A stretch of DNA of 64,000 bases from a bacterium (GTDB lineage: Bacteria > J088 > JAWLBW01): positions 1-64,000 of the forward strand of contig JAWLHK010000001.1 of the NCBI GenBank assembly GCA_041690355.1. The letters are read 5' to 3'. The notes below the pieces were generated by a model. The model was not told the origin of the DNA, did not search any database, and was given only the letters and a program-made list of their open reading frames with translations. Of this stretch, positions 1 to 8,646 are shown piece after piece. The translations under genes were made by a program, and so were the position numbers. The number at the start of each line of letters is the position of its first letter. Position 1 is the first letter of the stretch.

Positions 1-76
1 AGAGGGGGGCAGAGCGGGTCTCCGGCGGCTTTGGGCAACACCTGGACTGTCATGGGTCCCACGCGGCCTCGCGGAG

Positions 77-340
77 CTCGCATCCCGGAGGGATGCTCCT
101 CCCGAGTGTCACCCCTCGCGGCCCTCGCATCCCGGAAAAGGCTCTTCCCGCGCGCAACCTCTCGGGGACCTCGCATCCCGGAAAAAGGCTCCTCCCGCGT
201 GCCACCTCTCGCGCACCTCGCATCCCGGAGGGATGCTCCTCGTTAGCCCGGGACGAAGTCCCGGGATAACCGGGACGCGAATCGTTTGCCCAAGGCTCGG
301 AAGCGCCGGAACGGCGCGCGCGAGTCAACCTTCGGGCGCC
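77..340. repeat. Composite palindromic (REP/BIME-like) element, copy 1, with four tandem 46-47 bp units
   Basis: Units start CTCGCATCCCGGA at 77, 124, 170, 217, then core GCATCCCggaGGGATGC / CCCGGGACgaaGTCCCGGG / GCGCCGgaaCGGCGC. The same core recurs at ~860 and ~3390. Confidence 0.9.
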
Positions 341-394
341 CTGCCGGAAACGTGGGCCACCGGCTGCCACGTCACCGTCCTCCAGCCGCCATTC

Positions 395-414
395 CATATA
401 AATTTCTATATACT
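395..414 (+). promoter_or_regulatory. AT-rich imperfect palindrome (putative TA operator) overlapping a TATACT -10 box
   Basis: ATATAAATTTCTATAT followed by ACT, in a GC-rich context just upstream of the HTH gene. Confidence 0.55.
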
Positions 415-445
415 GGTGAAAGAGAGGAGAGCAGAGGAGTAGCCC

Positions 446-757
446 ATGGCAAGCCGATCGACAGGAAACGTTTTCGCGGACCTTGGCTTCCCGCCTGAGG
501 AGGCCGAACACCTCCGGATTCGCGCCGACCTGATGATCGCGCTCACGCGTCTCATCGAATCGCGAGGACTCACGCAGACGTCCGCCGCCCGGTTGTTCGG
601 CGTGACCCAACCCCGCATCAGCGACCTCGTTCGCGGAAAGATTGATCGATTCAGCATCGATACCCTCGTGACCATGCTCGCCAAAGCGGGGGCGAAGGTG
701 CGCGTCGAGATACGGAGTTCGGCCCCCCGTCGCGTTCCGCCCCGGGTGCGCCGCTGA
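446..757 (+). CDS. XRE/HTH_37 HigA-like antitoxin/transcriptional regulator (orphan)
   Basis: STGNVFADLGF...LTQTSAARLFGVTQPRISDLVRGKIDRFSIDTL signature; GAGGAG SD. Confidence 0.9.
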   Translation: MASRSTGNVFADLGFPPEEAEHLRIRADLMIALTRLIESRGLTQTSAARLFGVTQPRISDLVRGKIDRFSIDTLVTMLAKAGAKVRVEIRSSAPRRVPPRVRR

Positions 758-773
758 ATGCCTGCCCCGTGAA

Positions 774-983
774 GGCCCCCCTGTCGTCCCCCGAAGGGGG
801 GACCCGAAGAGAACGTACAGGAGGGACGGGTATCCGAGACGCTCACTTGCCCTCGCGCACCTCGCATCCCGGAGGGATGCTCCTCGTTAGCCCGGGACGG
901 AAGTCCCGGGATAACCGTTGCGATGGGGTTTCCCTGGGCTCGGAAGCGCCGGAACGGCGCGCGCGAGTCGTCCTTCGGGCGTC
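774..983. repeat. Composite palindromic element, copy 2 (one unit)
   Basis: GGCCCCCCTGTCGTCCCCCGAAGGGGGGACCCGAAGAG head plus the same core as copy 1. Confidence 0.9.
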
Positions 984-1179
984 CTCCCACAACGACACAG
1001 AAACCATATCTCGGCTTGAACGCCCCTCTGTCGTCCCCCGCTGAAGTTCCGCCAAAGCGAACCTGGAAACCGAGATAGGAGGCCCGAGGAGAAACGACGG
1101 CGTTCCGCCGAACACGTGTTTTTACCCTTCGGCGCCTTGCTCGCCGGAACGCCCTTCGGTATAGTGCAGCTGTGCAATA

Positions 1180-1851
1180 GTGCGCCCGGACTGCTGGTAT
1201 CTCGCCATGCGTTCTTCTCCAGGCAGACAATCTACAGACGGGTCCGTCTTGACGAGCCTGCGCAAAGTGAGCATGGCCTTGGCCACGTGCCTGACCGCGG
1301 CTTGCTTTTCGACGGGAAGCTACCTGACGCCGGAAGCCACTCCGGTGGGAGAGCATAGCCTCACGGTCGGTATGGCATTGGCGACGACTCGATACCCCGC
1401 GGGTACATCCGGGCTGCTGGAAAACACCATTGCCGATGTCTCCGGGATGTGGCGTTATGGGAACATCGATCACGTTGACGTCGGCATCCGCGCCTACGGC
1501 GGTCGATACGGGCTTGGAGGCGCTATCGACATCAAACACGAGCTCATTGTCGCCGGACCCTTTGTGGCCAGCGCGGATGTGGCCGTGTTCGCATCCTTAG
1601 GGGCTGGCGTCCAGCCCTCTCTCTTATTCGGATATCACGATCTGTATCTAGCCCCTCGCATGATTTTTACATCCGCAGATGCATACCTGCGAGGCGCGAC
1701 ACTCGGCTATCGGTTCGGCCGATTCCGCCCCGAGATCAGCGTCCTGTACGGAAGGACCAACGCCAGCGCCCCGGACATCTTCATCGTGAATCCGGCGCTG
1801 GCCTGGGATCTGGAGGTCTTCAGCAACCCGAGGGCGAGTACCGACCCATGA
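1180..1851 (+). CDS. Hypothetical lipoprotein, beta-strand rich (true start probably TTG ~1249)
   Basis: LATCLTAAC lipobox-like; alternating hydrophobic strands; stop overlaps the next ATG (ATGA). Confidence 0.65.
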   Translation: MRPDCWYLAMRSSPGRQSTDGSVLTSLRKVSMALATCLTAACFSTGSYLTPEATPVGEHSLTVGMALATTRYPAGTSGLLENTIADVSGMWRYGNIDHVDVGIRAYGGRYGLGGAIDIKHELIVAGPFVASADVAVFASLGAGVQPSLLFGYHDLYLAPRMIFTSADAYLRGATLGYRFGRFRPEISVLYGRTNASAPDIFIVNPALAWDLEVFSNPRASTDP

Positions 1852-3146
1852 AACCAGGCACACTCGCGTTCTTCTGCCTTGCAGCCGCCTCGGCCTGTGG
1901 CTACTGGAACCCTGAGCATTCCCCGACGGAGCAACCGGTCGTCAAGTCAGTCGCCCCGAGTCACGTGCTCCCGGGCGATACGCTGACGATCGAGGGAAAG
2001 GGGTTTGGGACAAAACCCTCGGATGCTGCCGTCAAGATTCTGCACGGGCCTTCATCCCGGTCCGATGCAGAAATACTGAAGTGGTCCGATCGGGAGATTC
2101 GGGCTCGGGTGCGGGGATGTCCCGTCGACATCACGCTTTCCGCACCCAGTGTGAACCTTGACCGTAGCCTCTCCATAACGCCCTACTGCGAGGTTCCGGG
2201 CCAATGGAAGTCCTTCGCCGGCTGGATGGTCGACCCTGTCTGTCCTCGCACCAAAGATTGCTACTCATGGCTGCTTCTGCTTGGATTCGCGCTGGATGCC
2301 GACGGAAATCTCCACCTGATCCGACAGTCCGGCCCCATTGAATTCTCCAACACCGGCCCGGTATCGTTCGTGCCGACGCGCCTTGAAGGGTTGCCTTGGT
2401 TAGAGGTTTCGGTCGGTGACCGCCATGCCTGCGGGGTTCGCACCGACGGCACTCTCTGGTGCTGGGGGAGCAGCGACACCGGGGCCACAGGGCATCCGGA
2501 GAGTTCCCTCGTTCCCCGGCAGGTGGGGGCGTGGGACGACTGGCTCAGCGTTGCGGTCGGCGATTATGCCTCCTGCGCCGTGCGCAAGTCCGGGGCGCTC
2601 TATTGCTGGGGAGCCAACGCCGAACTCGAAATGGGGCACGCCGACGCCGATGTAGCTACGTACACCCCGCGCCTCGTCGACAGCAGCGCCACATTTGCCC
2701 TCGTGCGCGGGAACCGCGGAGTCCTGCGGACCTTTTCTGACGGACCGATGTGCGCTCTCGATACGCAAGGCGCCCTCTACTGCTGGGGCGATGGGATAGC
2801 AATCCCTTCCCTTCTTGGTCCGGCACACGTCCGCTGGAAAGAGGTGTTTCCGGAGTTGCTTTTCTTCCGTGCGATTGATGAATCCGGCGCCCTCTGGCGC
2901 GTGGGCGGTTCCCAGCTCGTACCGGAAGACGAGACGCACGCCTGGGCGCAACTGACCGTCAGCTTTCTCGGCTACTGTGGCGTTACGACAACGCACCGTG
3001 CCATCTGCGCAGACAAGGAAGAACCCTATCCGCTCGACTTCGCCGGAGACCATCGCGTGCGGCAGCTCGAGAAATACTGGGTGGGAGGCGTGCCAGCCTG
3101 TGTCGTCGATACATCCGATCGGCTGTACTGCACGCCCATCTGGTAA
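1848..3146 (+). CDS. Lipoprotein with IPT/TIG domain and RCC1/BLIP-II-like repeats
   Basis: AASAC lipobox; PVVKSVAPSHVLPGDTLTIEGKGFG (IPT); repeated VSVGDRHACGVRTDGTLWCWG-type motifs. Confidence 0.85.
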   Translation: MKPGTLAFFCLAAASACGYWNPEHSPTEQPVVKSVAPSHVLPGDTLTIEGKGFGTKPSDAAVKILHGPSSRSDAEILKWSDREIRARVRGCPVDITLSAPSVNLDRSLSITPYCEVPGQWKSFAGWMVDPVCPRTKDCYSWLLLLGFALDADGNLHLIRQSGPIEFSNTGPVSFVPTRLEGLPWLEVSVGDRHACGVRTDGTLWCWGSSDTGATGHPESSLVPRQVGAWDDWLSVAVGDYASCAVRKSGALYCWGANAELEMGHADADVATYTPRLVDSSATFALVRGNRGVLRTFSDGPMCALDTQGALYCWGDGIAIPSLLGPAHVRWKEVFPELLFFRAIDESGALWRVGGSQLVPEDETHAWAQLTVSFLGYCGVTTTHRAICADKEEPYPLDFAGDHRVRQLEKYWVGGVPACVVDTSDRLYCTPIW

Positions 3147-3256
3147 GTGTTCTCCTGCAGCGCATCGAAGCTGCGACGTGAAAGAGCCGCAGTTCAGCAT
3201 CGACGCACGCGTGAACAAGTCCCCCGCCTGCGCCGCATGGCGCCCCGCCGCCAGTC

Positions 3257-3513
3257 GGCCCCCCTGTCGTCCCCCGAGGGGGGACCCGAAGAGGAAGTAC
3301 AGGAGGGACGAAGCTCCTAGGCGCTCATGGGGCCTCACGGACCTCGCATCCCGGAGGGCTGCTCCTCCCGAGGGTCACTTCTCGCGGCCCCCGCATCCCG
3401 GAGGGATGCTCCTCGTTAGCCCGGGACGGAAGTCCCGGGATACCCGGGTCGCGATGGGTTTTCCAGGGCTCGGAAGCGCCGGCACGGCGCGCGCGAGTCG
3501 TCCTTCGGGCGTC
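3257..3513. repeat. Composite palindromic element, copy 3 (two units)
   Basis: Same head, two CGCATCCCGGAGGG units and the same core as copies 1 and 2. Confidence 0.9.
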
Positions 3514-3608
3514 TGCCGCACGAAGCCTCTCGTCATCGTTCATGTGGAGGGAGGCGGCGGGTACTCACTCCCTGTGTTCCGCGCCGAAGACGTATCCGCC
3601 GTGAATGC

Positions 3609-3935
3609 TCAAAACCCGTGATAAGGGGAATCGCATTTCCCTTCCGTCACTTCCTCGTCGGACAAAACGAAACATTCCCCTTCTTTTTTCAATCGCTGAA
3701 ATCGCAACGTCACCGAGACCCCAGACTGCTCCTTGTAGTCAGCACAATCCCAGCGGCACATCTGGGACTGCGACAACGAACTGTCGGAAACAGTTTCTTC
3801 AGTCGGGGAATCGCACGTTACCTCAGTACACGAAACCGTGTAGGTCGCGGGCTCGGACGGCACACCACAGGCCGGCGCCAGAAGAAGCGCGAACAACACA
3901 GGGGCGGTTTTCATGAGTCCTGATTTCATCAACAT
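3609..3935 (-). CDS. Small Cys-rich hypothetical lipoprotein
   Basis: LLLAPAC lipobox, six further Cys, AAGGGGA SD. Confidence 0.7.
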   Translation of the reverse strand: MLMKSGLMKTAPVLFALLLAPACGVPSEPATYTVSCTEVTCDSPTEETVSDSSLSQSQMCRWDCADYKEQSGVSVTLRFQRLKKEGECFVLSDEEVTEGKCDSPYHGF

Positions 3936-4121
3936 GGGTTCCCCTTACCGGCATTGTTTCAGGCCTGCACACGAGAGGCCGTTCAGAAAGGGTCGCAACT
4001 ATCCGCTGGCAGCGTAACAGGAATGCCTGCCTTGTGAAATACCATATTCATGGTATCCATCGGCGTCCCCAGCGCTCTGCGAATGGCTTCCGTTCAGGGC
4101 CGCACTGTTCTTACAGCGACG

Positions 4122-5081
4122 TCAACGACCGCTTCCATCCACCGGGGCCCGATCATCGGGCTCGGGATCGGCGCCGAGCTGTCTGCACAGAACGATCGAG
4201 TAGTCCCACGTGGATGCATCAGCCTCGTTCAGCTCGAGCACGAGTGCCTTCATGGGATCGAGCACCTGCCGATAGGTTTCCCTGGGCCGGGGTTGCGTAC
4301 AATCGGGACAGACGCCGGGCGGTTCTCTTTCTTCGTAGGCGCTCGTCAAAACGAGCTCGGCGTCGTGGTCGATGGCGACATGGATCGCGCTGAGATACCC
4401 ACGGTCCGAGTAAAAAGAGCGATTCAAGTCGTAGAGCGTCAGCACCTCTTCGATCGAAGCCAGCGACCACGGAGCAGTGCAGGCGTTCTCCAGATCCAAG
4501 CGGCTCGAGACCCGCGGCGCATCGAGACTCCAGAGAATTTCCGTCTTGTGGTCGAAGATACCGTCACTGCGCACTTCGAACTCGTCGTGGGTAAAGGCCG
4601 TCAGATTCAGGTCGTCGGGACAGCGCGCCTGATACACGGGTTCGACAAGCATAAGCCGGCCGACCGTGTCAACGAAGAACGTTTCAGAAGTATCGGGCAA
4701 GGTGTACCCAAGCTCGATATCAAGCGTGTTGCGCACGCGGTAATAGCCCTGGGGAAGCAGAATGCTGACGTCCCCCCCTTCCGGAAAATACACCCTGACC
4801 CGGTTCGCACGTTCAGTGAAGGGGGCGTCGTGGCCCGAACGGCAGAATTTCGGCACGGCCGCCAACACGGCAGTACTCGTGTGCGGATATCCATAGTGGA
4901 ATGTGTAGAGTTCCACTCGGTCGGGCCACCAATCGCGTGCGGTCGGCTCAGTGATGGGGCTCGGGTCAAGATCGTAGATGGCGATCAACTCCGCACCGCC
5001 TGGGCGCGCATCCCATGTCTTGGGCTCGACGGGCGAACATCCGGAAAAACCAGCGATCAGAAGGAAGAGTAGTCGTCTCAT
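4122..5081 (-). CDS. Lipoprotein with degenerate DUF1566/Lcl-like C-terminal domain
   Basis: MRRLLFLLIAGFSGC; DHKTEILWS...C...WSLASIEEVLTL resembles DxxTGLxW...WRLPTxEEL. Confidence 0.65.
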   Translation of the reverse strand: MRRLLFLLIAGFSGCSPVEPKTWDARPGGAELIAIYDLDPSPITEPTARDWWPDRVELYTFHYGYPHTSTAVLAAVPKFCRSGHDAPFTERANRVRVYFPEGGDVSILLPQGYYRVRNTLDIELGYTLPDTSETFFVDTVGRLMLVEPVYQARCPDDLNLTAFTHDEFEVRSDGIFDHKTEILWSLDAPRVSSRLDLENACTAPWSLASIEEVLTLYDLNRSFYSDRGYLSAIHVAIDHDAELVLTSAYEEREPPGVCPDCTQPRPRETYRQVLDPMKALVLELNEADASTWDYSIVLCRQLGADPEPDDRAPVDGSGR

Positions 5082-5175
5082 GGTCTCATGCCGGCAAGTT
5101 TCGCCGATCCCTCCGGTCAAGAATTACCAAAATTTCCCCCCGCCTGGCGAATGGAGGTAGGCGTCGCTCACGGCG

Positions 5176-5296
5176 GCCTCTCGCGGTCGGCTTCGGCGCT
5201 GCCTGCGCCCGTCCGCTCGAGACGAACGGTTCGAAGTGTCGCGCCTCTCGCGGTCGGCTCCGGCGCTGCCTGCGCCCGTCCGCTCGAGACGAACGG
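5176..5296. repeat. Two tandem 54-bp REP-like units (period 67 bp)
   Basis: GCCTCTCGCGGTCGGCTYCGGCGCTGCCTGCGCCCGTCCGCTCGAGACGAACGG at 5176 and 5243, one mismatch. Confidence 0.9.
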
Positions 5297-5310
5297 ATGG
5301 GGCCGTCACC

Positions 5311-6597
5311 TTAGAGGCAATCGCTGCACGTGAAGCCCTCCCACGTCACGCTCGCAGGAACCATCCGGAAGCCGGGGCTCGCGAGAGTCTTCTCCACGCC
5401 GCCGACGAAGAAGCGAAGGGTGCGGGCGCCGGCGGGCACGTTGTAGCCGTAGAAACGCCCCTCACTCCGGTCCACGCCGGAGGCGTCGGGATCGGGCCGC
5501 CCCCACAGATCGCTATAGACGATATCCCCCGCGACCGGCAGCGTCGTCACCGTCATCGGGTCCCCATAGTCGACGATGAAGCCGTCGGACTTGTACAGGG
5601 TGCCGATCAGAATCCCGTGCTCCGGCACGCGCGTGACGCCGGCAAAACCCGTGTACTCGTCGACGACCGTCTGCGTGACGACGTAGAGGATGCCGTTGAG
5701 CATGCTCGAGCGCGCGGCGTAGAACCGGTAGTTGTCGGGGAGGTCTGACCGCGAGACCTTGATGCCGAAAGCCATGTTCGACGGCGCCTCGATGCTGACG
5801 TTGCCGTTACCATCGGTCACCGCGCACACGCCGGTCTGATCGCCCCCCTCCTCGACGACGTGTACCAACGCGTTCGAGAGATACGTACCGGTGTCATAAG
5901 CATCGTAGATGCGCAGCGCGACGGGGAATGTCTGGGCGGCAGCCGAATCGCACCCGGCGGTCGACGCCACCGTGCCGGCCGGGCAAGCCGTCTTCACACA
6001 GGCCGGATTTTCGCGCACGACCACTGTGGCCGACGCGGTGACCGCCCCGTCGTTCGCCTCGACGTCGATGTGGTAGACGCCCGGCGCCGAGGGGGCCGTG
6101 TAGACGCCGCCGGACACCGTGCCCCCCGCGGCCCCTTCGCGGACGCGCCACTGGGTCGCCGTGAGGGTCAACGCGGTTTCGAGCGCGAACGTCTGCTGGG
6201 CCCCCGCGATGACGACCGCGAACCCGGGCTCGATGCGCACGGCTGGGTCGACCGCTTCTTCTTCGGGAAGCACGACGTCGACCGTCGCCGTCGTCTCGGC
6301 CTCGGCGTAGCGGGCGGTGACCGTGAAGACCCCCGCGCTGGCGGGGGCCGCATAGCGTCCGCCGGCCGAGATGGTGCCGCCGCCGGTTTCCCGCACCCCC
6401 CACTGGACCTCTTCGGGCAGCGGGACGCCGGTGACCCGGAACTGGACGACTTCGTTCGGGGCCACCGTGGCGGCCCGGGGGTAGACGGTGATCTGAAGCG
6501 CCGCTTCGTCGGGCCCCTCGCGGGTCGCCCGGGGCGCCTCTTCGTCGCTGCACGCGCCGGCGAGCAGCAGGGCCAGAATCGTCAGCAGTTTTCGCAT
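5311..6597 (-). CDS. Lipoprotein with two Ig-like repeats and a carboxypeptidase-regulatory-like region
   Basis: MRKLLTILALLLAGAC; two WxVRExxGGT(I/V)SxxGxYxAPxxxGV(F/Y) repeats; GGAGG SD. Confidence 0.85.
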   Translation of the reverse strand: MRKLLTILALLLAGACSDEEAPRATREGPDEAALQITVYPRAATVAPNEVVQFRVTGVPLPEEVQWGVRETGGGTISAGGRYAAPASAGVFTVTARYAEAETTATVDVVLPEEEAVDPAVRIEPGFAVVIAGAQQTFALETALTLTATQWRVREGAAGGTVSGGVYTAPSAPGVYHIDVEANDGAVTASATVVVRENPACVKTACPAGTVASTAGCDSAAAQTFPVALRIYDAYDTGTYLSNALVHVVEEGGDQTGVCAVTDGNGNVSIEAPSNMAFGIKVSRSDLPDNYRFYAARSSMLNGILYVVTQTVVDEYTGFAGVTRVPEHGILIGTLYKSDGFIVDYGDPMTVTTLPVAGDIVYSDLWGRPDPDASGVDRSEGRFYGYNVPAGARTLRFFVGGVEKTLASPGFRMVPASVTWEGFTCSDCL

Positions 6598-6641
6598 CGA
6601 GCCTCCTGGCGCCGCGCGGACGTGGGCCGTGACGGCGGCCC

Positions 6642-7067
6642 TCAGTCGCGCACCGAACCGGTGAACGGAATTTCGCGGTCGGTCCATCTCAGGCCGCCCG
6701 CGTCCTTGGTTCTCGTGTATGTACCCGTCACGGTTCTTCCATCGGCGGTGTAGGTTCCAGAAAAAGCAAACGACGTGCCTGTGACTGTGTCTCTCATGCT
6801 TAGGAGAAACACATGATTCGTGGCGGCGAGCCCTTGAAGTGGCAGCTCAGGAAGAATAAAACAGTCAATGACGCTGGCACTGAGATCGACTGTCCCTTCT
6901 TCCTTCGAGATATACAGCTCGCAGTCCCTCTCCTCTTCTTTATCGCTCTCGATCTCAAGAACCCAGGCGCCCTCTTTGAAGGGGGTGACGACGTCAGGGT
7001 TGTCGCCGCAGGCCGCAAGGAGCAGCGAGAGAACGGGGGCGAACAGGGCTATCAGACTTCGCAACAC
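6642..7067 (-). CDS. Hypothetical beta-rich lipoprotein, tandem paralog A
   Basis: GGAG-N6-GTG start, LLLAAC lipobox; near-duplicate of 7193-7615. Confidence 0.8.
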   Translation of the reverse strand: MLRSLIALFAPVLSLLLAACGDNPDVVTPFKEGAWVLEIESDKEEERDCELYISKEEGTVDLSASVIDCFILPELPLQGLAATNHVFLLSMRDTVTGTSFAFSGTYTADGRTVTGTYTRTKDAGGLRWTDREIPFTGSVRD

Positions 7068-7192
7068 GGCAATCTCCACGTGTGCTTCCCTGCGGGGCCC
7101 CACTCGGGCGCCTTCCCCAGGGCTCCCCGAGGGGAGCGGACAGGTAACAATACGATATCCCAAAGATATGTTTCAGGGCAAGAAGGGCGGAC

Positions 7193-7615
7193 TCAGTCGC
7201 GCACCGAACCGGTAAACGGAATTTCGCGGTCGGTCCATCGCAGGCCGCCGGCGTCCTGTTTTCGCTTGTATGTACCTGTCACGGTTCTTCCATCAGGGCT
7301 ATAGGTTCCGTAAAAACCATGGGATGTGCTTGTGTCTTTGATGATACTGAGACTGAACACGTAGTTCGTGGCGGCGAGCCCCTGAAGCGGCCGGTCGGGC
7401 AAAATATAGCAGTCAATGATGCTGCCCTTGATCTTAACCGTCCCCTCTTCCTTCGAGAGATACAGCTCGCAGACCCTCTCCTCTTCTTTATCGCTCTCGA
7501 TCTGAAAAACCCAGGCGCCCTCTTTGAAGGGGGTGACGACGTCAGGGTTGTCGCCGCAGGCCGCGAGGAGCAGCGAGAGAACGGGGGCGAACAGGGCTAT
7601 CAGACTTCGCAACAC
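7193..7615 (-). CDS. Hypothetical beta-rich lipoprotein, tandem paralog B
   Basis: Same signal peptide and C-terminus as paralog A; diverged core. Confidence 0.8.
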   Translation of the reverse strand: MLRSLIALFAPVLSLLLAACGDNPDVVTPFKEGAWVFQIESDKEEERVCELYLSKEEGTVKIKGSIIDCYILPDRPLQGLAATNYVFSLSIIKDTSTSHGFYGTYSPDGRTVTGTYKRKQDAGGLRWTDREIPFTGSVRD

Positions 7616-7745
7616 GGCAATCTCCACGTGTGCTTCCCTGCGGGGCCCCACTCGGGGGCCTTCTGCAGGCCCCCCCGAGAGGAGCGGACAGGTGACAATA
7701 CGATATCCCAAAGATATGACGAGCGGCAAGCGCGGCGGCTTGGCC

Positions 7746-7958
7746 TCAGGGCTTCACTCTCCGAAGCCAGAAAGACGCATCGATGACGCTGAGGGTAACC
7801 TGGGCGCCTATATTACAGACCGCCGGATCGCTCGCGAACTCGAACGTGCCGAACATGTTGTCATCGGTTACCGCAGCCTCAAACGACCACTCGTTGCAGT
7901 CACCCCACACCGACTGCGGCGCGACAAAATCCCCTGCAATCGTATCGCCGGAGACCAC
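7746..7958 (-). pseudogene. Probable 5'-truncated remnant of a beta-rich secreted protein
   Basis: Protein-like 70 aa with two Cys; no signal peptide or clear SD. Confidence 0.3.
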
Positions 7959-7988
7959 TGCGTGGATCGGTTCTGGTAAACAACTACG

Positions 7989-8318
7989 CTACCGCACGAA
8001 AAGTGCCCAGAAGAGGATGGCGCCGGACAACAGGAGGCTCGCCGCCATGCGAAGCTTTTGTCCCAACGTAAAAGGCTGCCCCTGCGCGGCCGAAACGCGA
8101 ATCATCAGAACGTCGGTGACCGCCAGGGACGAAAGCAGTATCCCCGCCGAGATTCGACCCAGCAGGAGCACGAGATCCGACGGCTCTTTCCAGGCGATGG
8201 CCATCATCAGCAGCCCCAGCAACGGGGGCCGCAACAGGAGCTGCGCCAGTACCAACTGTCTGAGTGCAGCATCGGACCGCGTCCGCGGCCGGTCATCGTC
8301 GTCGAATAACGTGGTCAT
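7989..8318 (-). CDS. Small membrane protein (about 3 TM)
   Basis: Three hydrophobic segments in 109 aa. Confidence 0.55.
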   Translation of the reverse strand: MTTLFDDDDRPRTRSDAALRQLVLAQLLLRPPLLGLLMMAIAWKEPSDLVLLLGRISAGILLSSLAVTDVLMIRVSAAQGQPFTLGQKLRMAASLLLSGAILFWALFVR

Positions 8319-8646
8319 TAAGATTCATCGCGAAAGCATTCCCGCGGGGCCTCGGCCTCTCGATTGTTATCGCAGAGTTGGCATCAGAACGCCAGCAAAC
8401 CGTGCCTGCGCTTTCATCACCACCTGGTGTATTGCTGGTACTAAGGGAACCCCTCCCACATTCAGCCAGTCTGCAGCCTCATCGGATGGGCGCCCACTGC
8501 GCGCAAAGCGGATCCCCTTGCCGTTCGTACGATGATGGCTGACTGCCGGCCTCTTTTCCCCGACGCAAACCTTGCGACCACTGCTTTGCTGGGGTATAAA
8601 TCAGGCATCCTCCGATTTGGCTCTCTCTCCTTATTGAGGTCTCCCG

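Larger units (their letters stand above)
6641..7718. repeat. Tandem duplication (~550 bp unit: gene plus upstream region)
   Basis: CTCAGTCGCGCACCGAACCGGT at 6641 and 7192; ACAATACGATATCCCAAAGATATG at ~7147 and ~7695. Confidence 0.95.

Noticed and set aside
77-260. CRISPR array
   Set aside because: The sequences between the 13-bp cores resemble each other (degenerate tandem units, not unique spacers) and no cas genes are present.
3960-4040. c-di-GMP (GEMM) riboswitch-like words GAAAGGGTCGCAA; GAATGCCTGCC..GTGAA shared with 756-773
   Set aside because: No GGCAAAC/P2 architecture and wrong strand for the adjacent gene; the shared 18-mer is too short to interpret.
6641-7718. DGR template/variable repeat pair
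   Set aside because: Mismatches involve all bases and an indel, both copies are full genes, and no reverse transcriptase is present.
8320-8400. Short minus-strand frame ending in TAATG overlap with the 8318 start
   Set aside because: Only about 21 codons with no start; cannot be supported as a gene.
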